From Malacoraja senta (taxonomy: Eukaryota), in contig CM075993.1 of the NCBI GenBank assembly GCA_038087875.1, positions 10,914,001 through 10,978,000 of the forward strand: a stretch of 64,000 nt of DNA, written 5' to 3'. The notes beneath the pieces were generated by a model. That model ran no database searches. It was given only the letters and a program-made list of their open reading frames with translations, and was not told where the DNA came from. Positions 25,142 to 37,995 of the stretch are shown in pieces (positions within the stretch are counted from its first letter, which is position 1; each line of letters starts with the position of its first letter). The position numbers were made by a program, and so were the translations under genes.

Positions 25142-25827
25142 CTTTAGTTTAGATACAGCGAGGAAACAGTCCCTTCGCCCACCGAGTCTGCGCCGACCAG
25201 CGATCCCCGCACACCAACACTATCCTACACACACTAGGATCAGTTTACACATACACCAGGCCAATTTACCGACATACCTGTACGTCTTTGAAGAGTGGGA
25301 GGAAACAGAAGATCTCAGAGAAACCCACGGGTAGAACATACACACTCCGTACAGACAGCATCCGTAGTTGGGATCGAACCTGGGGCTCCAGCGCTGCAAG
25401 CGCTGTGAGGCAGCAACTCTACCAATGCGCCACCGTACTGCCTTTTAAGCCACATCTTTATCTGGTTTTATGCCAGCCACGTAGTTCTGCCCGCACCTTT
25501 GCTGGTAAAGTTCAGTTTCTGTTTTCACTGCACCGAGGTACAGTGAAAAGCTTTTGATGCGTGCTATCCAGTCAGCAGAAAGACAATTATGACAATCGAG
25601 CCATTTACAGCGTACAGATACGTAGGGAATAATGTTTAGTGCAAGGTAAAGCCAGCAAGGAGTTCAAGTTCAAGAGAGTTTATTGTCATGTGTCCCTGAT
25701 AGGACAATGAAATTCTTGCTTTGCTTCAGCACAACAGAACATAGTAGGCATTGACTACAAAACAGATCAGTGTGTCCATATACCATTGTATAAATATATA
25801 CACACATGAATAAATAAACTGATGAAG

Positions 25828-26495
25828 TCCAGGGTCCTCGACAGTCCCTTCAGGTTAGGCAGAGGTTCACTTGCACGTCCTCCAACCTCATCTACTGCTC
25901 AAGATGTGGATTCTTAAACATCGGCGAGACCAAACGCAGACTGGGTGAGCGTTTTTGCTAAACACCTCTGTCGCTCAGTCAGCTGGACCTACCTGATTCC
26001 CAGTTGCTGGACACTTTAATTCTCCTTCCCATTCCCACACAGACCTTTCTGTCCTCGGTCTCCTCCATTGTCAGAGTGAGGCTAAACGCAAATTGGAGGA
26101 ACAGCATCTCATATTTCACGGGCAGTTTACAGCCCAGTGGTATGAACATTGATTTCTCTCACTTCAGGTAGCCCCGGCATTCCCTTTCTCTCTCTATCCC
26201 TCCCCCACCCAAGTCACACCAGCTTCTCATCTTCCCCCAACAAACAGTTTACAATGGCCTGTTTCCTTTATCATCGTTACATTTTTGCATATCTTTCATT
26301 CATTGTTCTTTATCTCTCCACATCACCGTCTATATCTCTTGTTTCCCTTATCCCTAACCAGTCTGAAGAAGGGTCTCGACCCGAAACGTCACCCATTCCC
26401 TCTCTCCAGAGATGCTGCCTGTCCCGCTGAGTTACTCCAGCATTTTGTGTCTATCTTCGATTTAAACCAGCATCTGCAGTTCTTTCCTACACGGT
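25828..26495 (+). mobile_element. Penelope-like element 3' end (family A): degraded GIY-YIG plus pseudo-LTR
   Basis: Reads as FQVRQRFTCTSSNLIYC..IGETKRRLG..HFNSPSHSH..RKLEEQHLIF; intact hammerhead core at 26363-26390. Confidence 0.88.
26363..26390 (+). ncRNA. Minimal type-I hammerhead ribozyme motif (family A, representative copy)
   Basis: CTGAAGA-A-GGGT[CTCG]ACCC-GAAAC-GTC; located in a Penelope pseudo-LTR, the established site of these motifs. Confidence 0.7.
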
Positions 26496-26659
26496 AGACA
26501 GAGTCGCCAGTTTGGTGCCATCTCCAAGTCCCGGTTGTTGTAAGTGTAGGGATCGTGACCTGACCATGAAGGCCCGTTGTCATGGCGACGTTGTTCAGGG
26601 TCAGCCTGGCCAAGCATAGCCGTGGTGTCCTCCACCATTGTAGGCTGCGTCCGATCAGT

Positions 26660-27880
26660 TTTGTATATTGTCACGTGTACCAAGGTACAGTGAAAGATTT
26701 TGTTGCGTGCTATCCAGTCAACAGAAAGACAATACATGATTACAATCGAGCCATTTACAGTTTACATGATAAGGGAATAACGTTTAGTGCAAGGTAAAGG
26801 ATGACCAATGAGGTAGATAGTAGTTCAGCGCTGCTCTCTGGTTGTGGTAGGATGGTTCAGTTGCCTGATAACAGCTGGGAAGAAACCGTCCCTGAATCTG
26901 GAGGTGTGCGTTTTCACACTTCTGTACCTTTTGCCCGATGGGAGAGGGGAGCAGAGGGAGTATCCAGGGTGCGACTCGTCCTTGATTATGCTGCTGGCCT
27001 TGCCGAGGCAGAGTGAGATATAAATGGAAGGGAGGTTGGTTTGTGTGGTGGTCTGGGCTGCGTCCACAATTCACTGCAACTTCTTGCGGTCTTGGATGGA
27101 GCCGTTCCCAAACCAAGCTGTGATGCATTCCGATAAAATGCTTTCTATGGCGCATCTGTAGAAGTTGGTGAGAGTTGTTAGGAGACATGTCAATCTTCCT
27201 AAGCCATAGGAAGTCGAGGTGTTGGTGTGCTTTCTTGGTTGTAGCCTCAATGTGGGTGATCCAGGAGAAGTTGTTGGTGATATTTACACCAAGGAATTTG
27301 AAGCTTTCAACCATCTCCACTTCGGCACCGTCAATGCAAACTGGGGTATGAGTACCACTTCACTTCCTGAAGTCGATCACTATCTCCTTTGTGTTGCTGA
27401 CATTGAGAGAAACGTTGTTGTCTCGACACCAGGACACGAGGTTCTCGATCTCCTTCCTGTACTCCGTCTCATCATTATTTGATATCCGGCCCACAATGGT
27501 GGTGTTGTCTGCAAATTTGAAAATGGAATCAGATTTGTACCTGGCTGCACAGTGGTGGGTGTACAAAGAGTAAAGAAGGGGGGTTATTGGAGAGGATGAT
27601 TTGTCCCTATCCTCAGTGATTGGGGTCTGTTGGTCATGATGTTGAGGATCCAGTTGCAGAAATGAGTGCTGACACCAACTCCCGTTAGTTTGGTGATAAG
27701 TTGGATGGTGTAATGGTATTAAAGGCAGAGCTGTAGTCTATGAATAGGAGTCTGATATAGGTGTCTCTCTTATCCAGGTGTTCCAGGGATGAGTGTAGGG
27801 CCAGGGCGATGGCATTGACTGTGGACCTGTTGTGGAGGTGGACGAACTGCAGTGGGTTGTGGCCGTTGGGTAGACTGGAT
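26660..27880 (-). mobile_element. Rex1/Babar LINE fragment (degraded)
   Basis: [36 protein letters not shown]. Confidence 0.88.
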
Positions 27881-28007
27881 TTAAGGTCATAAGTAAGTGA
27901 TAGGAGTAGAATTAGGTCAGTCAGCCCATCGTCTACTCCGCCATTCAATCATGGCTGGTCTATCTCTCCCTCCCAACCCCATTCTCCTGCCTTCTCCCCA
28001 TGACCTT

Positions 28008-28598
28008 CTGCAGTTGTACAGAGCCCTAGTGAGACTACACCTGGAGTATTGTGTGCAGTTTTGGTCCCCTAATTTGAGGAAGGACATTCTTGCTATTGAG
28101 GGAGTGCAGCGTAGGTTTACAAGGTTAATTCCCGGGATGGCGGGACTGTCATATGCTGAGAGAATGGAGCAGCTGGGCTTGTACACTCTGGAGTTTAGAA
28201 GGATGAGAGGGAATCTCATTGAAATATAAGATTGTTAAGGGCTTGGACACGCTAGAGGCAGGAAACATGTTCCCGATGTTGGGGGAGTCCAGAACCAGGG
28301 GCCACAGTTTAAGAATAAGGGGTAAGCCATTTAGAACGAAGACGAGGAAACACTTTTTCTCACAGAGAGTGGTGAGTCTGTGGAATTCTCTGCCTCAGAG
28401 GGCGATGGAGGCAGGTTCTCTGGATGCTTTCAAGAGAGAGCTAGATAGGGCTCTTAAAAATAGCAGAGTCAGGGGATATGGGGAGAAGGCAGGAACGGGG
28501 TACTGATTGGGGATGATCAGCCATGATCACATTGAATGGCGGTGCTGGCTCGAAGGGCCGGATGGCCTACTCCTGCATGTATTGTCTGTTGTCTATTG
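28008..28598 (+). mobile_element. CR1 3' fragment
   Basis: LYRALVRLHLEYCVQFWSP..WNSLP with one frameshift. Confidence 0.9.
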
Positions 28599-29990
28599 TA
28601 CCTTTGACACCCGTACTAACCCAGATTTAATGCGTTCTATAACTAGCCTCCCAGAACTTTTTCTTGATGGTGGATGTCAAGGCCACAGGATGGTAGTTCA
28701 TGCTTGGCCTCTTGGAGTGGCGCCCATCCCGGCTGAGCCCCCAGGCTGCCATGACATGGACATGGACTCCAATGGACTCCATTGGACACCATCCATGTTC
28801 CAATTCCTATCCTTCTCGTTACAATTTGGTTTCAATAGTGGGGTTGATGGCCCCCCTCTGTCCTGACCATCTCTCCTCTCTGTTGGGTGAGCCCAGACTG
28901 ACGCCGGCACTTGGGTCATAAGGTCACAGGGAATAGGAGTAGAATTAGGCCATTCGGCCCATGAAGTCTACTCTGCCATTCAATCATGACTGATCTATCT
29001 CTCCTCCTAACCCCATTCTCCTGCCTTCTCCCCATAACCTCTGACACCCGTGCTGATCAAGACTTCCCGCTTCAGCCCGAAAAACATCCGGCAGACGTTC
29101 TTTATTTGTCGCTCCTAATGGTGTAGATGGAGGCAATTCGGCCCGTTGAGTCTAGGCTAGCTCCCAGAGCAATATGCCATTCCCCACCAATTCTCTCTCA
29201 TGGATAAGTTGGGCCGAAGGGACAGTTTCCATGCTCTATGACCCTATGGCTGTATATACACATTGACTCCCCTGACCTTTCATACATCCCACCTGTACTG
29301 GGGCTAATCAATGGCTGCCAACTAACCGATGAACAATTTGATCTAATTAATTACCTTTTTATTGTTTAGGATCGATTACTCAGAACCTCCTTCCTTTCTG
29401 CTCCAAGTTCCTTCTCTTGGTCTCAGTGCATGTTACAAGAATGACTCCGACATAGGAAATGTCCACATTTGGTGGAGGTTCAATCTGTCCTCACAGGACA
29501 AACCTACCATCCTAGGAATCAATTTAGTTTAGTTTTGAGTTTAGAGATACAGCGTGGAAACAGGCCCTTTGGCCCACCGAGTCCGCGCCACTGTACACTA
29601 TACAATACAGGTTAGGGACAATTTACAGAAGGCAACTAACCTACAAACTCGCACGTTTTTGGAATGTGGGAGGAAACCGGAGCACCCGGAGAAAACCCAA
29701 GTGGTCACGGGTAGAACGTGCAAACTCCGTACAGACAGCATCTGTAGTCAGGATCGAACCCGGGTCTCTGGCGCTGTGTGGCAACAACTCTACCGCTGCG
29801 CCACCGTGCCGCCCTGTCTGAAAAGTATACCATACACGAGTACAATCCAGTCTGGCTCAAGTACAAAAGGTAGTGCAAAGAGAAAAATACGAGTGTAGAA
29901 TATTGTGTTTCTGCATTGTAGCATTAGAATTACAGAGAAAAAGTGCAAGGTCTGTAATGAGGTAGGTTGGAAGATTGGAGATGCACTTTT

Positions 29991-31032
29991 TAGGTATGTT
30001 ACAAAACTTACCTTCAGTCGCGCTGTAATTCTGCCACTGGACGTGTGCGCGATTTTGGCGCCTTTAAGGGGGGGGGCGGGGTTAAAACGTGGTTTCTCCT
30101 CCCTTGTCCTGAATTATATTTCGTTGGAGTACAAGCGTTTGCTGACAAATCGTTCCTAGCAGCGTTTTGTGAATTTTTAATTTTTATTAAATCGTCAATG
30201 TCAGCGCTGGAGTAATTTTAAAAGCAGCTCCTGAAGCGTCAACGCCGATAACGGGGACGGATTTCACACAATGGACAGGTAAACGAAAGTGGTTTTTTTA
30301 AATGTATAAAAGTGCTTCTTAAGAAGCCTTTAATTCACATTTTTTCATGCGACACGGTGATTTTATTCCCCGAACTAACGGCAGTATTTTTCATGCCAAT
30401 ATGGGGTTAAATTCACTGCAAATGAACGTTCCAAAAGATCGCGTTACAGAAATCCTCACTCACAAGATGATTTAAATGCCCATTAATTTATAGGTATTAA
30501 ACATTCAATTCCTTCCATTTGGCCTGTAAAATCATGAAAATGAGATTTAAAAATGATGTTATATTGTGAATTATTGTGTGAATGTTATTTGGACACTTAG
30601 GCTATTTAAAAATGTTAATCTATTCTTAAGAAATTGATAGATGTTTAGATCTAGTAATTGAATTTTGTAATTAGCTACAATTAGGTAACTAACTAATTAT
30701 ATGCTTTACTTTCATGTATTCTAAGTAAGATTGTTTCATATTTGTTTCAGAATGCTTCAATCTATAATAACTGAAAATTTCTTTCAGTTATCTTAATTTT
30801 TAAGAAAGTTATGGGCTTTTAACTGTCCTCGATCACAGCTTTTGTGTTAAGTCAATGGAAAAGCAATAGGGAACAAGATGCTAATTTCCCAGTATGAAAA
30901 TGGCCATAACTTCTTTAATACTGAAGATATGAAAGTGAATTAGGTGTCAAATTAAACTTCCTTTTATGCTTTATCTGATGGGATAAATTGCAGACTTTAT
31001 GTTTAAAATCTCAAAATTTTGTAACATTGCTA
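29991..31032. mobile_element. About 1-kb non-autonomous DNA transposon
   Basis: 16-bp TIR TAGGTATGTTACAAAA / TTTTGTAACATTGCTA; cactttt on both flanks (29984-29990, 31033-31039). Confidence 0.75.
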
Positions 31033-31299
31033 CACTTTTGTTTATGGGAGGACTGTCCATAATAGTGGGGAAGAGCTGTTCCTGAATCTAGTGGTCCTTG
31101 CTTCTGTATCCTCAAGCTTCTGTATCTTCTGCCTGACAGGAATGGGAAGAAGAGGGATGACCTCTTGATCATTCTTCATTCTTGAGGGAATGACTAGGGT
31201 GTAAATGGTCCTTGATTATGTTGCCTATTTTCTCTGTCCTGATACCGCATGACGTGTAGATGGAGTCAATGGGACCAAAGGAGTCAAAATGGAATCCTT

Positions 31300-33030
31300 A
31301 AGAGTAAAGGCGTAGACTATTTCCTAAATGGGGAGCAACTTCACAAATCGGAGGTGCAAAGGGACTTGGGAGTGCTGGTGCAGGATTCCCAAAAAGTTAA
31401 TCTGATAGTCGAATCGGTATTAAAGAAAGCAAAATCAATGCTAGCATTTCTTTCAAGAGGGCTTATATACAAAAACAGGGATGTAATGCTGATGCTCTAT
31501 AAGGCGCTGGTCAGACCGCATTTGGAATATTGTGAGGAATTTTGGGCACCATATCTGAGGAAGGATGTGCTGGCTCTGGAGTGGGTCCAGAGGAGGTTTA
31601 CAAGGATTATCCAAGGAATGAGTGGGTTAATGAATGATGAGCGTTTGTCGGCACTGGGCCTGTACTTGTGGAGTTTAGAAGAACGAGGGGGGAACCTCAT
31701 TGAAACATACAGAATAGTGAAAGGCTTGGATAGAGGGGATGTGGAGAGGATGTTTCCACTAGCGGGAGAGTCTAGGACTAGAGGTCATAGCCTCAGAATT
31801 TAAGGACGTTCTTTTGGTAAGGAGATGAGGAGAAATTTCTTTAGTCAGAGGGTGGTGAATCTGTGGAATTCTTTGCCACTGAAGGCTGTGGATATCTTTA
31901 AGGCACAGATGGATAGATCTTTGATTAGTACAGGTGTCAGAGGTTATGGGGAGAAGGCAGAAGAATGGGGTTGGGAGTGAGTGATAGATCAGCCATGATT
32001 GAATGGCGGAGTAGACATGATGGGCTGAATGGTCTTATTCTACTCCTATCACATGATCTTTCGACCTAATGGTGGGAGACTGGTTTGTGCGATGGATTGG
32101 GCCAAACCTAGCTTGGTATTTGGATAGGTTGCTTTCAATGGAAAGCATGGAAACAGGCCCTTCAGCCCAACTTGCCCATGCCAACCAAGATGCCCCATCT
32201 ACACCAGTCCCACCTGTCTGCATTTGGCCCCACACACCTTTAAACCTTTCCTATCCATGTACCTGTCCAAATGTTTTTTAAATGACATGCCAACCTTCCT
32301 TAGTGTTGTAAGGAAGTGGATGTGTTGATGTGCTTTCTTCTCCGTTGGTTCAATGAGGATGGTTCAGGAAAAAATTGTTGGTGATATAGATAGAAGCAAA
32401 TCAATAGAGGTATATAGATTTTTGATTAGTACAGGTGTCAGGGGTTACGGGATGAAGGCAGGAGAATGGGGTTAGGAGAGAGCAATGGACAATAGACAAT
32501 AGACAATAGGTGCAGGAATAGGCCATTTGGCCCTTCGAGCCAGCATTAAATGTGAGCATGGCTGATAATCCCCAATCAGTACCCCATTCCTGCCTTCTCC
32601 CCATATCCCCTGACTCCACTATCTTTAAGAGCCCTATCTAGCTCTCTCTTGAAAGTATCCAGAGAACTGAGGCAGAGAATTCCACAGACTCACAACTCTC
32701 TGGGTGAAAACGTGTTTCCTCGTCTCTGTTCTAAATGGCTTACCCCTTATTCTTAAACTGTGGCCCCTGGTTCTGGACTCCCCCAACATCGGGAACATGT
32801 TTCCTGCCTCGATTGTGTCCAAACCCTTAACAATCTTATATGTTTCAATAAGATATCCTCTCATCCTTCTAAACTCCAGAGTGTACAAGCCCAGCCGCTC
32901 CATTCTCTCAGCAGGATCAGCCATGATTTAATGGCGGAGTAGATTCGATGGGCCGAATGGCGGAGTAGATTCGATGGGCCCGAATGGCGGAGTAGATTCG
33001 ATGGGCCGAATGGCCTAATTCTGCTGTGTC
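31300..33030. mobile_element. Nested CR1 fragments
   Basis: ORF 31249-31803 (+) QRDLGVLV..LYKALVRPHLEYC; ORF 32634-32924 (-). Confidence 0.85.
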
Positions 33031-33613
33031 ACATGAAGATATTTACACTGAGGAACTTGACGCTCTCAAACAACTTCACAGGCATCTTCCTGAAGATTCT
33101 CGTTTCAATAACTTTTCAATAAGTTAACATTGTTAAGTCAATAACTAGCCTTTGCTGGTTGGTGGGGCTGGTGGAGCAACTCAGTTACTCCAAGCACTGG
33201 GCTTCACATCACAGGAACGCGCACAAAATACTGGCGACACGTGTCAGCGTCTGGGCGGGAACTGCCATGGGTGAGGCTGCCGGAGGAGACAATACTGAGG
33301 GTGGCACAGTGGCACCACGGGTAGAGCCACGGCCTCACAGCGCCAGAGACCCGGGTTCGATCCTGACTTCAGAGTTTGCACGTTCTCCCCGTGAACTGCG
33401 TGGGTTTTTCTCCGGGAGCTCCAGTTTCCTCCCACACTTCAAAGACGTGTAGGTTTGTAGGTTAATTGGCCCTGTGTAGGGAGTGGATGAGACAGTGGGA
33501 TAACAAAGAACTATACCTACGGGGTGATCGGTGGGCGGCATGGACACGATGGGCCGAAGGGCCTGTTTCCACGCTGTATCTCGAAACTTTGCCGAGTGCA
33601 ACTGCATCGAGTT

Positions 33614-34040
33614 CTTTCTCCCCCCTCATTCCCCTCTCCTATTTCCCCCATCCCTCTTTCCCTTTCCCTTCCCCCCCTCTCTTCCCCCCCTTCCCGCTCC
33701 CTTCCCCCTCTCTATCCACACCCCCTTCCTCTCTCTTCGCCCCTCTCTATCCCCTCCACCTCCCTCCCTCTCTCCCACTCTCTCCCACTCTCTCTCCCCT
33801 CTCCCTCCCCTCTCCCCTACACCCCTCTTCCCCCATCTTTCTCTCCCCCCTCCTTCCCCCCTCTCCACTTCTCTCCATCCACTCTCCCCCCTCTCTCCCC
33901 CTTCACCCCTCTCCCTGTCTCTCCCCCTCTCCCCCTCCCTCCTCTCTCCTCTCTCTCCCCTCCCCCCCTCTCCCCCCTCTCCCCCCCCTCTCCCCCCCCT
34001 CTCCCCCCCTCCTCCATCCTCTCTCTCTCCCCCTCACCCC
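33614..34040. repeat. Polypyrimidine/polypurine (C/T-rich) tract
   Basis: About 425 bp of almost exclusively C and T on the plus strand. Confidence 0.95.
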
Positions 34041-34452
34041 ATGGAGTATGTCCACACTGTCCCAGTGCACCATTGCCGGCAGTGTACACAGCACTCTTTA
34101 TAGCCTCTCGAGTAATTAGTGCATTTACAGAATGAACACACTCAGTTTGCTATCATCTGGTTAATCGCCAGTTTAATTAATCTAATTAAATCAATTTGCG
34201 AATCTATTCAAGTGTAAATGTTGGTTGGTAAACAGAGTTCTGCCTGTCAACTCAGCCAGCAGAAACCTCCTTTTGTTACCATATGGCAGGCGTCACAATG
34301 TATGTAAGTTTCGTTTAGCGATACAGCACGGAAACAGGCCCTTCGGCCCACCGGGTCCGCGCCGACCAGCAATCCCCGCACATTAACACTATCTTACATG
34401 CACTAGGGACAATTTACATTTTTTATTCCAAGCCAATTAACCTACAAACCTG

Positions 34453-34640
34453 GAGAAACTCAGCGGGTGCAGCAGCATCTATGGAGCGACCATCAGACTG
34501 ACCATCAGTCTGAAGCAGGGTTTCGGCCCGAAACGTTGCCTATTTCCTTCGCTCCATAGATTGCTGCTGCACCCGCTGAGTTTCTCCAGCATTTTTGTGT
34601 ACCTTCGATTTTCCTGCATCTGCAGTTCCTTCTTTAACAC
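34453..34640 (+). mobile_element. Family-B hammerhead mini-element inserted in a SINE
   Basis: 14-bp TSD aacctacaaacctg (34439-34452, 34641-34654); short inverted 5' segment. Confidence 0.85.
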
Positions 34641-36303
34641 AACCTACAAACCTGTACGTCTTTGGAGTGTGGGAGGAAACCGAAGCACCCGGAGAAAACC
34701 CATGCGGTCACGGGGAGAACGTACAAACTCCGTACAGACAGCACCTGTAGTCAGGATCGAACCCTGGTCTGTGGCGCTGTAAGGCAGCAACTGTACTGCT
34801 GTGCCACCGTGCCACCCTGTGGTGTACGTTCCCAGGGTGGTATCTCGCCTTCCTGATTCTCTCCTCCCCGACTGACGATTCTTCCCCAATCTGCCTCCCT
34901 CCCTCCATCCCAGTTCTCCTCCCTCCGCTGAATCATGGTTGTTCTTCGCTCGTTCTCTCCCTTGACTCTTCCCCCTCACTCTCTCCTCACCTTGTGGCCG
35001 GCACGGCGCCAGAGACCCAGGTTCGATCCTGACTACGGGTGCTGTCTGTACGGAGTTTGCACGTTCTCCCCGTGACCTGCGTGGGTTTTCTCCGGATGCT
35101 CCGGTTTCCTCTCACACTCCAAAGACGAGCAGGTTTTCTGGTTAATTGGCTTCAGTAAAATTGTAAATTGTTGCTAGTGTGTGTAGGATAGTGTTAATGT
35201 GCGGGGATCGCAGGTCAGCAGGGACTAGGTGGGCCGAAGGGCCTGTTTCTGCGCTGCATCTCTAAACTAAACTAAACGAATCCACAGCTCCACTGCCTGT
35301 TCTACCACATTGGAGGCACTCACAACAAACTGTTCACTCCCTTCGAGGAACAAGCTGGCTCCAATGAATTCTCAGGATGTGTTTCTATGGTCTTGGTGCA
35401 GGTGCAGAGTGAGACACCAACACCTATCAAAGCGTGATGGATTATTGTGTAGGAAGGAATGGCAGATGCTGGTTTACACTGAAGATAGACACAAAATGCT
35501 GGAGTAACTCAGTGGGACAGGCAGTATCATGGGAGAAAATGAACTGGTGACATTTCGGGTCGAGACCCTTCCTCAGACCCCACTTCATTCTGCTCCATCC
35601 AGACTGCAGTGTAAATCGACCAATATTCAGAATAAAATTTTATGACAATGATTTGACAGTAACAGCCAGTGCGAATACCCAGGCAAGTCAACACAAGTAG
35701 ACAGAAGCAGGGCTGCAAGAAAAAAAAATTTGAGAGGATTGAGCTGCTTGGACAAGTTACAAACATTCATCTTTAATTATTCTAGTTTAGTTTAGTCTAG
35801 AGATGCAGGGCGGAAACGGGTCCTTGATCAGGGGCCAATTAACCGACAAACCCGCACGCCTTTGGGACGCAGGAGGAAACCGGAGCACCCGGAGGTCACA
35901 GGGAGCACGTGCAAACTCCACACAGGGAGCACCCGAGGTCAGGATCGAATTCTGGTCTCTGGCGATGTGAGGCAGCAGCTCTACCCGCTGCAGCGTTGTG
36001 CCACCCACCCTGGTCTATTACTCTTCCATACTAGCCAATGGCCACGATATTTACAGTTAGAACCATTTTGGGTTGGATAGCATTGGGGTGGGGGGGGGAT
36101 GGGGGTCACAAGCTGGGGGTCAACAGTTAAGAAAGTTATTTGTCATATGTACTGAAACAGAACTGTGAAGTTCTTACTTGTAGCACCACCACAGGTCTAT
36201 AGACACACTACACATAATACACATAATAATATATATTTAAGAAATAATGAACCCCAATATTGGTGCAATAACAAAATAAAAAAATGACAAAATAAAAGCC
36301 TGA

Positions 36304-36730
36304 AGGAGCTGTCTCACTTGGGCGACCTAATTGGCGAGTTTAGAAGAGTTTGTCCTCGACTCATACTCGCAGCATGGTCGACACGAGGTCCTAGGAGGTC
36401 TTTGTAACTCTCCTTCATGCTCGAGAGTAGTCCCCGCGTACGCGAGGCCCCAGCTAGGTCGCGGCGTTGAAAAATGCCTGCGAGTAAAAAAAGGTCGCCA
36501 TGGAGAAAATTGATATTTTTTTTACTTGTATGTTTAGTCGTAGTAGGTCGTAGTAGGTCGGCATGTTAGTCGTAGGTAATCGAGGGTAGTCAAAGGTAAT
36601 CGAAGCTAGTCGAAGGTAGTTGTAGATAGTCTTCAACATAGTCGAAGGAGGTTGAAGGAGGTCTTCAACATGACACTTTTTCAAACTCTCCTAAACTCAC
36701 GGATTAGGTCGCCACAGTGGGACAGCCCCT
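36304..36730. mobile_element. PIF/Harbinger-like MITE
   Basis: TIRs aggagctgtctcact / agtgggacagcccct extending about 45 bp; 3-bp TSD TGA. Confidence 0.85.
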
Positions 36731-37869
36731 TGAAGTTCCTAATGCAACCAAGACAGTCTCTAGTTTGGTGTTTAATTGGTGTGCATAGTGTTTAATAGCT
36801 TGATATCAGTGGGGAAGTAGCTGTTCCTGAACCTACAGTTTTCAGGCTCCTGTACCTTCTTCCTGATGGCAGGGGTGAAATGAGTGTGTGGCCAGGGTGG
36901 TGTGGGTCTCAGATGATGCCGGCTGCCTTTTTGAGGCAGCGACTCCTGTAGATCCCTTCGATGGTGGGGAGGTCAGTACCCATGATGGACTGGGCAGTGT
37001 TCACCATGTGTTGCAGTCTTCTTCATTCCTGGGTGTTTGAGTTGTTGACCCGGTCCGTGATGCAACCAGTCACTAATCTCCTCAATCTTTTAAGGAAGTA
37101 GAGGCATTGATTAGTGGGGTCATTGGCTGGAGGCCCTCGGACTATCCTTGACCGGACTTTGCTGGCTTTACCTTGCACTAAACGTTATTCCCTTATTAAT
37201 GTATCCATACACGGTAAATGGATTGATTGGAATCATGTATTGTCTTTCCGCTGACTGGATAGCCTTTCACTGTACCTCGGTACACGTGACAATAAACTGA
37301 ACTGAGGGGTGGGGGGTCACTGGCTTGGGAGGGGTGGGGTCTGTCTGGGTGGGGGAACATTGTCAGACTTGACCCGAAATGTCACCTATCCATGTCCTCC
37401 AGAGATGCTGCCTGACCCGCTGAGTTACCCCAGCACTTTGTGTCCTGTGCGTTAACCAGCATCTGCAGTTCCTTGGTTTTCCCTAACTCTAGGCTTCTGC
37501 TCTGCACATTTGCTGGGACGTAGCGGTTGACGGTAAGTCTGAAGAAGGGTCCCGACCCGAAACATCACCCATTCCTTCTCTCCAGAGATGCTGCCTGTCC
37601 CGCTGAGTTACTCCAGCACTTTGTGTCTACCTTCGGTTTAAACCAGCATCTGCAGTTCCTTCCGATGCCTGACGGTAATTCTTGCTCTGCACACTGCGTG
37701 ACGCTCATACGACACTGCTGCAACCCCAAGCAAAACACAAAGTGCTGGAGTATTAGTAACAGCGGGTCAGGCAGCATCTGTGGAGAACATGGATAGGCGA
37801 CCTTTCGGGTCGGGACCCTTCTTCAGACTGATTGTTGTAGGTGGGCTGTTTTGGATCAAGAATCCATGT

Positions 37870-37995
37870 GTTTAAGAAGGAACTGCAGATGCTGGAAAAT
37901 CGAAGGTAGACAAAAATGCTGGAGAAACACAGCGGGTGCAGCAGCATCTATGGAGCGAAGGAAATAGGCAACGTTTCAGGCCTATCTCGGGCCTG
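37870..37995 (-). mobile_element. Family-B mini-element truncated within the hammerhead
   Basis: 13-bp TSD caagaatccatgt (37857-37869, 37996-38008). Confidence 0.8.

Noticed and set aside
33466..34135. Pro/Ser/Leu-rich ORFs
   Set aside because: Produced by a stop-free polypyrimidine tract.
35324..35423. Possible 100-bp minus-strand exon (..gatAG / GTGAGT)
   Set aside because: One frame is open but the peptide is unrecognisable and no partner exons can be supported; needs RNA-seq.
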